A program made the translations under genes and the position numbers. Below, piece after piece: positions 10,572 through 21,279 of a stretch of 32,000 bases of DNA (positions are counted from its first letter, which is position 1; every line of letters starts with the position of its first letter). The notes under the pieces were generated by a model, which was not told where the DNA came from, did no database searches, and worked only from the letters and a program-made list of their open reading frames with translations. The stretch lies in the sequence record OZ371831.1; one strand, 5' to 3'.

Positions 10572-10730
10572 AATAATAAAAAAATTTTTCTATTTTAGAA
10601 TCGTTATGATATAATCATAATACAATAAATATTCTTTTATATTTTATTAGTTAACGAAAACACGAGGAAGAGAGATACTTTCACAAACGAATTTAAATAT
10701 ATCGTCCATTAAATATACATTTTCACCTTT

Positions 10731-13700
10731 ATGACCCCGACTCAGTCAAATAACGACTCACAACTAAATCATGTAGATGTCTCATTTTACGAATTCCTCG
10801 GATCAGCTTGGAAAAATCAAAAAAATGCAAAATTAAATCCAGAAGCACTTGAAATGCTTCTTGTTAAAACTGATGGTATTCCAGAAACCAATGCACCAGA
10901 CATAGAGAATAAAAATACAAAATTCGAAGACCAACAATTTATTCAAAAATCAAAAGAAAAAAGTTCGACAAACGAACGAGAACTTGCGCTTAAAAATGCA
11001 CTTGATGATGGAAATTATTCACATGCGATTAAATTAACGTATCCCACTTTTTGGTATAATGCTGAAATGACAACACAAATTGCTTCTGAAGCAATTAAAT
11101 ATTATGTACCCCAAATTTATAGTTTCAGTTGCTTACTCTGGAACAGCTTTTGGATTATTTTATTAACACCAATTCAAAGCATCCTAAATATTGTAGCAAT
11201 CCCAGTAGAATACTGTTTAGAGCTCTTTTGTGAAAAAGCCTACCGAACAAGTCAAATTTCTTTTAAACAAGGATATAAAGATACGCGATTTTGGCTTGGA
11301 CGCGGCCGTGGAAATACCTATGTAAAAGCAATGTATCAACGATGCCTTTACGTGGTGTCTTATTTCCGTATTCATAAATTTTATGTTCTAGATCAATTTA
11401 TAAAAAGTAGTTTTACAATTCGACGTGGACTCCAAGCGATTTTACCGATTAGTATTACATATTTGATTGTTCAACGTACAATTAGCGCACCACAAACAGT
11501 TTATTCAAAAGGCTTAGAAAAAACTTCTAAAACATTAAAAACACAAACACGCACTGCCATTTTAAAACTCTCAGTTCTTGAAAATTTAGAAGGTGTACTT
11601 AATCCAAAAAAAGAATATTTACGTGATTCACAAGGGATTCTTTTTACACGTAGTAAAGGTTTAAAAACTGAATTTGTTGAGGGAAAATATACGGATGTTG
11701 AAAAAGAAGTACTTAGCAATTTTACACACCCAAATGAATTTCTTGCAGTATTTCAAAAAGATAATACAACATTAAATACTAGTTTCAGCCATGAGGAAGA
11801 AATCGGACGTTATGAATGGTCATCCGCTGATGAACTTGCGCAAATGCCACCTCGCGAAGAAAAAGCAGAAGATGAAGAAGATGAAACAGAACCACCACCT
11901 TTTACACCTGAACCTGTTTACAAACGTCTGCAAGCAAAAGATAAAAAACTTTTAACAAAGTATAAAAAACGCCCACGTTTAACAAAACGACGTGCCAATA
12001 CACAATTCACACAACTCGGAAAACAAATTTCCGATCAATACATGCCCCTCGAGCCAAGACTTGGGCAATTTGCACAAAAAGATCTTCTACCGAAATGCTT
12101 TGCAGATCTAAAATATAAACCAATTCGAAAAATAACCAATATTCAAGCAGCCCCACTTGTAAATTCAGTAGATTATAATATTCCATGGGCCAAAGATATA
12201 GATCTTGTCAATTTCCTTCATGAAAGTGCAAATGAAGCAACTTTTTTAGAGCAAATTTATAAAGATGTTGAATTAAAAAATAACCGTGTAACATTTTCAC
12301 CATTTGGGATTCATTATCACACAGGAAAAACGGCTACATTCCCATTAAAACCATTTACTGCCCAAGAAACAAAACTATTTCATTATAGTTTTTCAGACAC
12401 AAGCTTAGAAGTTTTCAATCAACGTCCAGATGCTTTTGCAATGATTGAAAATCACCCATATCGTGCCGTGCTTCACGAGAGAACAGCACGTCAATTACAA
12501 ATTGTAAACAACACAAACCATAACGATTTCGACTCATCAGTAAAAGAGTTTTTTCCATTGGAAGATGACGCTAATGGAAAATTTAGCGAAATTAACGATA
12601 TTGATGTAGACGAATTAGATGATGATTTAGACGATGATGGTTTAAATGACGCTGATTTAGATGACGCTGATTTAGATGATGACGATTTAGATGACGATGA
12701 TTTAGATGATGACGCTGATTTAGATGATGACGATGATTTAGATGATGATGATAACTTAGATGATGATGATTTCGAGGATACGGACAATGAAATCTTTAGT
12801 GAAAATGACGATGTCGAAAATGACACATTAAATGACGACAATTTTACATCTAATAATGAGAAGAGTTTTGAATTAAACCACAAAACAACTACTCCAGACT
12901 TAGCTTCAAACGAAGAGTTAAGTAATTTAAGTAAATCTGGCCCACTTTGGTTCCGCGAAGGAACACTCTTTTTAAACCCGAATCAATATGAACCATGGCA
13001 AGACCTTGCCTGGAAAGGGATTGTACTTCAACTTTTAATGTATGCCGGAATTGAACTCTGTGTTCGTATTGAATGTCGTGGTATTATCGGTCGAACAGCA
13101 CCCCATGTAAACGATTTCATTGCGCATATTGATCGAATGCCCGAGGCCATTCGTATCAGTGAATATGTTGGGGAAAAGATGAAAACCCCGCCAGTTAAAA
13201 AACTTCTTTTAGCATTCCAAGTACAACGTGGAAAAGAATTATATGGCTATTCAACAGGATTAAAAATTTGGAATACCGGAATTCGACCAAATCTTTCATC
13301 AGAACAAGAAAGCAAAATTCTTGTTCAAATGCAAAAATTGAAAACACATTTCGAGAATTTCTTTACAATACAAGAAGAGACAATCACTTCTTTGACATAT
13401 CAACCACGTAATATTCTCGAGTCGACAAGTCTTAAACAATCAGATTCTAAAGATATTCTCCCACGTTATTCATGCTTTAACAATTTCACAACAGCCGCCC
13501 GAAAATATTTAAGTACCGTAACAGAACAAGGTAATACAATTGATTCGGATGTTTTAAAAGAACGCCAAGAACTCTTTAACCGTTTAGGTGGTGAACCAGC
13601 ACTAATGCAAGCATTACAATATGGAGAAAATTTCCAAAATGAAATGCGACAACTCCCATTATTTTCATTAATTAAACCTGGGACAGAGCGTATGCGCCAA

Positions 13701-15191
13701 CTTCCAAAAGGAATGATTTTACTTGGAGAACCAGGAAATGGGCGTACATATTTTGTTCGTACCTTAGCAACCGCATCACGTTTACCACTTTTAATTACCG
13801 AAAGTAACCGTTATTTAAATGAAATGGATGGATTGGTTCGCCTAAAAACTTTATTTAAACGTGCCCGTGAACAAGCTCCAAATATTCTTTTTATCCGTGA
13901 TTTAGACTTTATGACTCGTCATCGTGAACGTTATCCAATGTTCGGCTCAGTACGTGCAACAACACAACTTTTACTTGCAATGGATGGGTATAGTCGAGGA
14001 ACTGAAACAATTGCTTCACAACAAGATATTTTTGTAATGGGAAGTATGACAACAACTTCGATGATGGATGATGCCTGTATGCGTTCGGGACGATTTGAAT
14101 GGGTATTAGATTTCTACTACCCACCGGTAAAAGAACGTCATCAAATGCTTTTACTTCATAGCCAAAAATCTATGATCAATACTCCAATTGATATTGATTG
14201 GAATTATTTTAGTGCCATGACAGAAGGATTTAGTTGCCTTGATTTACGTATTCTTGTAAATACTTCATCAGTATATATGATGAAACAAGGCCTTACAAAC
14301 ATCCATACAAAAGAAAGTATGGCTTTTGCATTAGGCTCAATTAATCAAGTACACGATCTTTCACAAACACGATTTGTCGATGCTTCCTCAACTCTTGGGT
14401 TTTTTCCAACATTTGCATTCAGTGTGCGTCATAACCAACCAACACAATATGCACCATTTTTTACACAAACAGGACAAATCCCAATGTATAAAAAATTAAT
14501 GCATGTGTTCCGTAATATGGTGCCAGACGAGACAGAAACACTTAAGGAACGTTGGAACACAACAGCTCAAATTAATAACGTAGAACTTTACACAACACCA
14601 CCTATTAGTGTTGCCGACGGATTACTTCCTCTTTTAAGTGAAGGGTTATTTATTTATAATGCTCAAAAAACAATGGGACCACCATACCCAGTTGTTACAT
14701 TTGAAACATACTGTTGCCCATTATTCTTTACAGCAAAAGAAGCTATTGATGTACTGACAAGTCAACATACACTTGAACGTATTACAAAAGAGCATATGTT
14801 TATCACAAGTTTTGACCTCTGGCGCCGAACACAACTCCCAACGCCATATCCAATGGGAATCACTTCAGTCAAATCAATTGATATGCGCACCCGTGCAACT
14901 TCACTTTTACGTGCACAACGTTTCAGTAAAGAACATTCTCTTATTGGAGGTTTAAACGAAGTTCAATATGAAATGCTTTTCGGAGCACCACCAATTGCAG
15001 ACAAAATTAAACACCGTCTAAATTTTTTAACGAAAAAACAAAATGAATTTGCTTCACGTGATGCCAATATTTTTGGGACATTTGAAACAAATAATGATCT
15101 TTCGTTCAAATGTCGAAAAGAAACAACGGCACGTCGTATTGATCAAGTCGCAATGGAAATTATGACTTTAATGCAAAAAAATTGGCGTTAA
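10731..15191 (+). CDS. ycf2: Ycf2 / plastid FtsH-like AAA+ protein (no protease motif)
   Basis: 1486-aa ORF. It has N-terminal hydrophobic segments and one AAA+ module: LPKGMILLGEPGNGRTYFVRTLATASRLPLLIT, APNILFIRDLDF, MRSGRFEWVLDFYYPPVKERHQML, MTEGFSCLDLRILVN. The Walker A GxxGxGR(S/T) resembles land-plant Ycf2 (GSIGTGRSYLVKYLA, from memory). I found no HEXXH. The start codon is uncertain. Confidence 0.8.
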   Translation: MTPTQSNNDSQLNHVDVSFYEFLGSAWKNQKNAKLNPEALEMLLVKTDGIPETNAPDIENKNTKFEDQQFIQKSKEKSSTNERELALKNALDDGNYSHAIKLTYPTFWYNAEMTTQIASEAIKYYVPQIYSFSCLLWNSFWIILLTPIQSILNIVAIPVEYCLELFCEKAYRTSQISFKQGYKDTRFWLGRGRGNTYVKAMYQRCLYVVSYFRIHKFYVLDQFIKSSFTIRRGLQAILPISITYLIVQRTISAPQTVYSKGLEKTSKTLKTQTRTAILKLSVLENLEGVLNPKKEYLRDSQGILFTRSKGLKTEFVEGKYTDVEKEVLSNFTHPNEFLAVFQKDNTTLNTSFSHEEEIGRYEWSSADELAQMPPREEKAEDEEDETEPPPFTPEPVYKRLQAKDKKLLTKYKKRPRLTKRRANTQFTQLGKQISDQYMPLEPRLGQFAQKDLLPKCFADLKYKPIRKITNIQAAPLVNSVDYNIPWAKDIDLVNFLHESANEATFLEQIYKDVELKNNRVTFSPFGIHYHTGKTATFPLKPFTAQETKLFHYSFSDTSLEVFNQRPDAFAMIENHPYRAVLHERTARQLQIVNNTNHNDFDSSVKEFFPLEDDANGKFSEINDIDVDELDDDLDDDGLNDADLDDADLDDDDLDDDDLDDDADLDDDDDLDDDDNLDDDDFEDTDNEIFSENDDVENDTLNDDNFTSNNEKSFELNHKTTTPDLASNEELSNLSKSGPLWFREGTLFLNPNQYEPWQDLAWKGIVLQLLMYAGIELCVRIECRGIIGRTAPHVNDFIAHIDRMPEAIRISEYVGEKMKTPPVKKLLLAFQVQRGKELYGYSTGLKIWNTGIRPNLSSEQESKILVQMQKLKTHFENFFTIQEETITSLTYQPRNILESTSLKQSDSKDILPRYSCFNNFTTAARKYLSTVTEQGNTIDSDVLKERQELFNRLGGEPALMQALQYGENFQNEMRQLPLFSLIKPGTERMRQLPKGMILLGEPGNGRTYFVRTLATASRLPLLITESNRYLNEMDGLVRLKTLFKRAREQAPNILFIRDLDFMTRHRERYPMFGSVRATTQLLLAMDGYSRGTETIASQQDIFVMGSMTTTSMMDDACMRSGRFEWVLDFYYPPVKERHQMLLLHSQKSMINTPIDIDWNYFSAMTEGFSCLDLRILVNTSSVYMMKQGLTNIHTKESMAFALGSINQVHDLSQTRFVDASSTLGFFPTFAFSVRHNQPTQYAPFFTQTGQIPMYKKLMHVFRNMVPDETETLKERWNTTAQINNVELYTTPPISVADGLLPLLSEGLFIYNAQKTMGPPYPVVTFETYCCPLFFTAKEAIDVLTSQHTLERITKEHMFITSFDLWRRTQLPTPYPMGITSVKSIDMRTRATSLLRAQRFSKEHSLIGGLNEVQYEMLFGAPPIADKIKHRLNFLTKKQNEFASRDANIFGTFETNNDLSFKCRKETTARRIDQVAMEIMTLMQKNWR
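12597..12779 (+). repeat. in-frame imperfect 12/15-nt tandem repeat encoding a poly-acidic D/L tract
   Basis: Units such as gctgatttagatgac and gatttagatgatgac are iterated. Translation: DIDVDELDDDLDDDGLNDADLDDADLDDDDLDDDDLDDDADLDDDDDLDDDDNLDDDDFED. Confidence 0.85.
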
Positions 15192-15233
15192 CGACGAATC
15201 AACAACAATTCGCATTTAATTTTATAGTCAGTC

Positions 15234-15265
15234 CCTAAAGCTTTTTTTATCAGAAAAAGCTTAGG
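15234..15265 (+). terminator. 3' stem-loop downstream of the ycf2-like ORF
   Basis: cctaaagcttttt / aaaaagcttagg, about 12 bp with one bulge and a 7-nt loop. Confidence 0.45.
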
Positions 15266-15298
15266 TGTAAAGATTCGGACTTTTTTTTACATATTTTT

Positions 15299-15326
15299 TT
15301 GCAATTCCTCAGTCGAAAGATATAAT
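15299..15326 (+). promoter_or_regulatory. candidate sigma70-type (PEP) promoter for psbEFLJ
   Basis: TTGCAA-N16-TATAAT about 80 nt upstream of psbE. AAGGAG Shine-Dalgarno box at 15393..15398. Motif match only. Confidence 0.35.
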
Positions 15327-15406
15327 ATAATCGAGCCTCGTACAGATAAATTAAATTTCAATTTTAATGCACGGGCTTTTACAGAAATGTTAAAGGAGTA
15401 ACCCAT

Positions 15407-15646
15407 ATGTCAGGTTCTACAGGAGAGCGTCCTTTTGGTGACATCATTACAAGTATCCGTTACTGGGTGATTCATAGTGTTACAATTCCATCTTTATTTA
15501 TTGCAGGATGGCTTTTTGTAAGTACTGGATTAGCATACGACGTGTTTGGAACACCGCGTCCAAACGAATACTTTACAGACGAGCGTCAAACGCTTCCTTT
15601 AGTGTCAGATCGCTACGGCGCACTTGCACAAATGGAAGAGTTTTAA
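15407..15646 (+). CDS. psbE: cytochrome b559 alpha subunit
   Basis: 79 aa: [56 protein letters not shown]. Confidence 0.97.
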   Translation: MSGSTGERPFGDIITSIRYWVIHSVTIPSLFIAGWLFVSTGLAYDVFGTPRPNEYFTDERQTLPLVSDRYGALAQMEEF

Positions 15647-15805
15647 TACTCGCTTAAGTAAATCTAGATAGGAAAACAAACGGGCATTTTTGCTTTTAGT
15701 TGAGCATGTATCCAACTGAGCAAAAAAAAACATATGCGCGCCTTTTTGGTGCATATGCTATGTATACGTTATTTATTCGACCTGTTTATCAGGTATATTT
15801 TTATT

Positions 15806-15922
15806 ATGTCGATTAAAACATATCCAATTTTTACATTCCGTTGGCTTACAATTCACGCATTAGCTGTACCAGTGGTATTTTTCCTTGGTTCTATTACAGC
15901 AATGCAGTTTATTCAACGTTAA
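15806..15922 (+). CDS. psbF: cytochrome b559 beta subunit
   Basis: The conserved 38-aa product [38 protein letters not shown] starts at the internal ATG 15806. The track ORF from 15734 adds 24 non-homologous codons. Confidence 0.93.
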   Translation: MSIKTYPIFTFRWLTIHALAVPVVFFLGSITAMQFIQR

Positions 15923-15934
15923 GAGGAGAGTTGT

Positions 15935-16051
15935 ATGACAAATCCAAATCCAAACAAGCAAACTGTTGAGTTAAACCGTACAAGTCTTTACTGGGGTTTA
16001 CTTCTCATTTTTGTGCTTGCGGTTCTTTTTTCAAGCTATATTTTTAACTAA
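15935..16051 (+). CDS. psbL: photosystem II protein L
   Basis: Hand-translated: [38 protein letters not shown] (38 aa). GAGGAG Shine-Dalgarno box upstream. Below the track size cutoff. Confidence 0.93.
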   Translation: MTNPNPNKQTVELNRTSLYWGLLLIFVLAVLFSSYIFN

Positions 16052-16074
16052 ACACATTTGTAGGGGAAAGATCT

Positions 16075-16200
16075 ATGTCAAATACGACAACAGGACGAAT
16101 TCCATTATGGTTCGTAGGAACAGTAGCTGGACTTGCAGCACTTGGTCTTTTAGCCATTTTCTTTTATGGTTCATATACTGGTCTCGGATCTTCACTTTAA
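16075..16200 (+). CDS. psbJ: photosystem II protein J
   Basis: Hand-translated: [41 protein letters not shown] (41 aa). Confidence 0.9.
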   Translation: MSNTTTGRIPLWFVGTVAGLAALGLLAIFFYGSYTGLGSSL

Positions 16201-16426
16201 AGATTCAACCAAACTTTATTATATGTAAAAACATATAATACTTTACTTTTATTGGGCTAGCTTAAGAAGCACCCAATGACATCAGGAAACTGAGCACCAT
16301 TAAGCTTTTGTCCAGCTAAATGCTGGGCTAAATGCTTATTTTAAATTTTGTTATGAACAAACTGGCCAACTGTGAACTCTATTTAACTTTGCTTCTTTTT
16401 TTTTATAAAAAAGAAACAGTAAATAG

Positions 16427-17116
<690 letters not shown>

Positions 17117-17152
17117 ATTGAACAAATATTTATTTGTTTAATTTAAAACAAA

Positions 17153-17182
17153 TTGTTTGCGTAGATTTCACTACGCAAACAA
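17153..17182 (+). terminator. 3' stem-loop downstream of petB
   Basis: Perfect 12-bp stem ttgtttgcgtag-atttca-ctacgcaaacaa. A small palindrome aacaaata/tatttgtt lies at 17121..17138. Confidence 0.5.
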
Positions 17183-17259
17183 GAAAACATAATCAAAAGA
17201 GCTCTAAGAAAGAAGCTTGTATTCTCTACATAAACCAATTACTATGAATTTACAAGAAA

Positions 17260-17331
17260 GGGTCAGTAACTCAGTGGTAGAGTATTCGGCTTTTAACCGA
17301 TTAGCCGTGGGTTCGAATCCCACCTGACCCA
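17260..17331 (+). tRNA. trnK: tRNA-Lys(UUU), no intron and no matK
   Basis: GGGTCAGTAACTCAGTGGTAGAGTATTCGGCTTTTAACCGATTAGCCGTGGGTTCGAATCCCACCTGACCCA. Anticodon loop CTTTTAA. Confidence 0.85.
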
Positions 17332-17437
17332 AAACTATTCCAAATTTCAAAATCTCGGATAAGAAACTATACCAATCATGAAGAAATATGATAGAATCTT
17401 AATTACGAGATGACCTCTTTATATTCATCCCGTTTAA

Positions 17438-17719
<282 letters not shown>

Positions 17720-17722
17720 TTT

Positions 17723-17750
17723 TTCTGTGGTTCATTTATGAACCACGGAA
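17723..17750 (+). terminator. 3' stem-loop downstream of psaC
   Basis: ctgtggttca-ttta-tgaaccacgg (10 bp including one G-U), starting 4 nt after the stop. Confidence 0.5.
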
Positions 17751-17882
17751 ACACCTCTTGATCATATTTGATCATTATATGGCTATGTTTAAAGTTAAAC
17801 ATTGCAATACACTAGCCCGTGAGAGCTTTGAATACATTTCTTTATTTAAAAGAAATCGTATTTTTTTAATTATTAACTATAG

Positions 17883-19376
<1,494 letters not shown>

Positions 19377-19440
19377 TCAATTAATATTAAGTTTCAACAA
19401 AACTCAAATTAATTAAGTCTTACGAGTCAGTAAAACAAAA

Positions 19441-19490
19441 TTCTGGTCAAGAAAAACTAGTTTATTCAAACTCGAAAACCTTGACCAGAA
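19441..19490 (+). repeat. perfect 11-bp inverted repeat inside the atpB-atpE spacer
   Basis: ttctggtcaag ... cttgaccagaa with a 28-nt loop. Confidence 0.45.
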
Positions 19491-19540
19491 CTCTCTCTTT
19501 TGAGTAATTCAAAAGAACTGAAGAAAAACAGAGGTAAAAC

Positions 19541-19969
19541 ATGGAAGTTTGTATTGTAAAACCGGATCGAATTTTTTTTAAGGAAGATGCTGAAGAGTTA
19601 CTCCTTCCAACAAGTACTGGATACATTGGTATCCTTCAAGAACACGCACCACTCGTAACAGGATTAGACAACGGTGTACTTGCACTTCGCCAAGGAACAT
19701 CATGGAAAATTCTTGCTCTCCTTGGAGGGTTTGGTGTAATTAAAGAGAACCGTGTAAACATTCTCTGTCGTGATATTGAAGATGCAGCTGAAATTGACGT
19801 AGATGAAGCAGAACGCCGTGTAGCAGAAGCTCGCACTGGTATGGAAAAAGCTGAATCTCGTAAAATCTATATTGAAAACCAACTTACGTTTGACCGCGAA
19901 CGCGCACGTATTGAGGCACACACAATGTGGAAAAACTCAGCAGGTGGTGCACCTGTATTTGGTGGATAA
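19541..19969 (+). CDS. atpE: ATP synthase CF1 epsilon subunit
   Basis: 142 aa: VKPDRIFFKEDAEELLLPTSTGYIGILQEHAPLVTGLDNGVLALR. The C-terminal tail is slightly longer than usual. GAGG Shine-Dalgarno box upstream. Confidence 0.9.
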   Translation: MEVCIVKPDRIFFKEDAEELLLPTSTGYIGILQEHAPLVTGLDNGVLALRQGTSWKILALLGGFGVIKENRVNILCRDIEDAAEIDVDEAERRVAEARTGMEKAESRKIYIENQLTFDRERARIEAHTMWKNSAGGAPVFGG

Positions 19970-19991
19970 TCTTGAAATAAAGATTTAGATC

Positions 19992-20013
19992 TGCGGGCCT
20001 ATCAAGGTCCGCA
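19992..20013. terminator. stem-loop between convergent atpE and clpP
   Basis: tgcgggcct-atca-aggtccgca (9 bp with one G-U). A further 8-bp stem gtttaggt/acctaaac lies nearer clpP. Confidence 0.4.
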
Positions 20014-20092
20014 ACCTATATATAAGTCTATAGACATTATTTTAAAAACATGTTTAGGTAATAAAATAAACTATCACCTAAACAATTAAAGA

Positions 20093-20695
20093 TTAAACAT
20101 TATTATTATCATTTGATGCAACAAGATCAACAAGTCCGTACTCACGCGCTTCACGTGCAGAAAGATACTTATCACGATCAAGATCACGTGCAACAGTTGA
20201 CGCAGATTGCCCTGTTAAATCTACATAAAGACGACCAATTAATTTACGTAAACGAATAATCTCTTCTTTTTCAAGAACAATTTCAGAAGCCTGCCCTTCC
20301 ATACCACCTTGTGGTTGGTGAACCATAATTCGGCAATGCGGTAATGCAATACGGCTTCCACGCTCACCACCGGCTAAAATAAAAGAAGCCATAGATGCAG
20401 CAAATCCAATACCGATAGTTGTTACAGAAGCATCTACATAATTCATAATATCAAATACTGAAAGACCAGCTGTTACCGATCCTCCAGGAGAATTAATATA
20501 AAGAAATAAACGACGGTTTGAATCTTCGGCACTTAAATAAAGCATAATACCATTCAATTGGTTTGCGAGCTCATCATCAAGAGCAGAACCAAGGAATAAT
20601 ACACGCTCACGATATAAACGATTATATAAATCAACCCATTGTGGGACTGCTTCACCAGGTAAACGATAAGCAACTTTAGGGACTCCAATTGGCAT
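20093..20695 (-). CDS. clpP: ATP-dependent Clp protease proteolytic subunit (unsplit)
   Basis: 200 aa. Catalytic residues are in context: GFAASMAS (Ser), MVHQP (His), DLDRD (Asp). No insertions or introns. Confidence 0.95.
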   Translation of the reverse strand: MPIGVPKVAYRLPGEAVPQWVDLYNRLYRERVLFLGSALDDELANQLNGIMLYLSAEDSNRRLFLYINSPGGSVTAGLSVFDIMNYVDASVTTIGIGFAASMASFILAGGERGSRIALPHCRIMVHQPQGGMEGQASEIVLEKEEIIRLRKLIGRLYVDLTGQSASTVARDLDRDKYLSAREAREYGLVDLVASNDNNNV

Positions 20696-20787
20696 AAAAA
20701 AAAGAAATAATTATATATAGTATATATCTAATAAATGGCAATTAAATGCCTCGATACTAAATAAATATCTTATCAAATAAAAGTTTC

Positions 20788-20816
20788 TAGACAAAGCATA
20801 AAAAGGTCCCTATAAT
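20788..20816 (+). promoter_or_regulatory. candidate sigma70-type (PEP) promoter for rpl32
   Basis: TAGACA-N17-TATAAT, 33 nt upstream of the rpl32 ATG. Motif match only. Confidence 0.35.
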
Positions 20817-20849
20817 AGAATTATAGTTTTTATCTACACACATACTTTT

Positions 20850-21068
20850 ATGGCAGTACCAAAACGACGAATGTCACGAGCAAAATCCGCAATGCGTAAG
20901 TCTCATTGGCAACGCAAAGCAATTGATGCAGCACGTAATGCTTTATCATTAGGTAAGTCGTTAACAACACGTAACGCAAAAGGATTCTATTACCCGCCAT
21001 CACCTGTTGCGGGAGTATTAAATGAAAATGTACAAGGTTTTGGAAATTCAACAGAAACAGAAGAATAA
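20850..21068 (+). CDS. rpl32: ribosomal protein L32
   Basis: 72 aa: MAVPKRRMSRAKSAMRKSHWQRKA..ALSLGKSLTT matches the L32 N-terminal signature. Confidence 0.85.
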   Translation: MAVPKRRMSRAKSAMRKSHWQRKAIDAARNALSLGKSLTTRNAKGFYYPPSPVAGVLNENVQGFGNSTETEE

Positions 21069-21075
21069 CAAACCA

Positions 21076-21099
21076 TGGTTGTAGGTTAAAACCTACAAC
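21076..21099 (+). terminator. 3' stem-loop downstream of rpl32
   Basis: ggttgtaggtt-aa-aacctacaacc, 8 nt after the stop. Confidence 0.45.
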
Positions 21100-21279
21100 C
21101 AAAAAACATGGGCATTCCATGAAAATATAAGATATAGACTGACGAACTGAGACGTGTTACTGTATAATAAAAACAAACGCAAAAAGTAGATTTTGCAATC
21201 TCTATCGTTCGGTATGTCTATCTTAACTACAAGTAAAATATCAACGTATATCAAACATAAGGACAGCAAATAACAAACT

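Noticed and set aside
12597-12779. Possible CRISPR array or non-coding minisatellite
   Set aside because: The units are 12-15 nt, contiguous, without unique spacers, and lie in frame inside a long ORF. It is a coding tandem repeat.
12491-12883. 130-aa Ser-rich ORF on the minus strand
   Set aside because: It is the antisense reading of the GAT/GAC-rich acidic repeat in the Ycf2-like gene. It is low-complexity and has no independent support.
16011-16238. 75-aa plus-strand ORF
   Set aside because: It overlaps the end of psbL and all of psbJ in another frame. psbL and psbJ translate to near-consensus proteins.
20848-21120. 90-aa minus-strand ORF
   Set aside because: It is antisense to rpl32 and its 3' hairpin.
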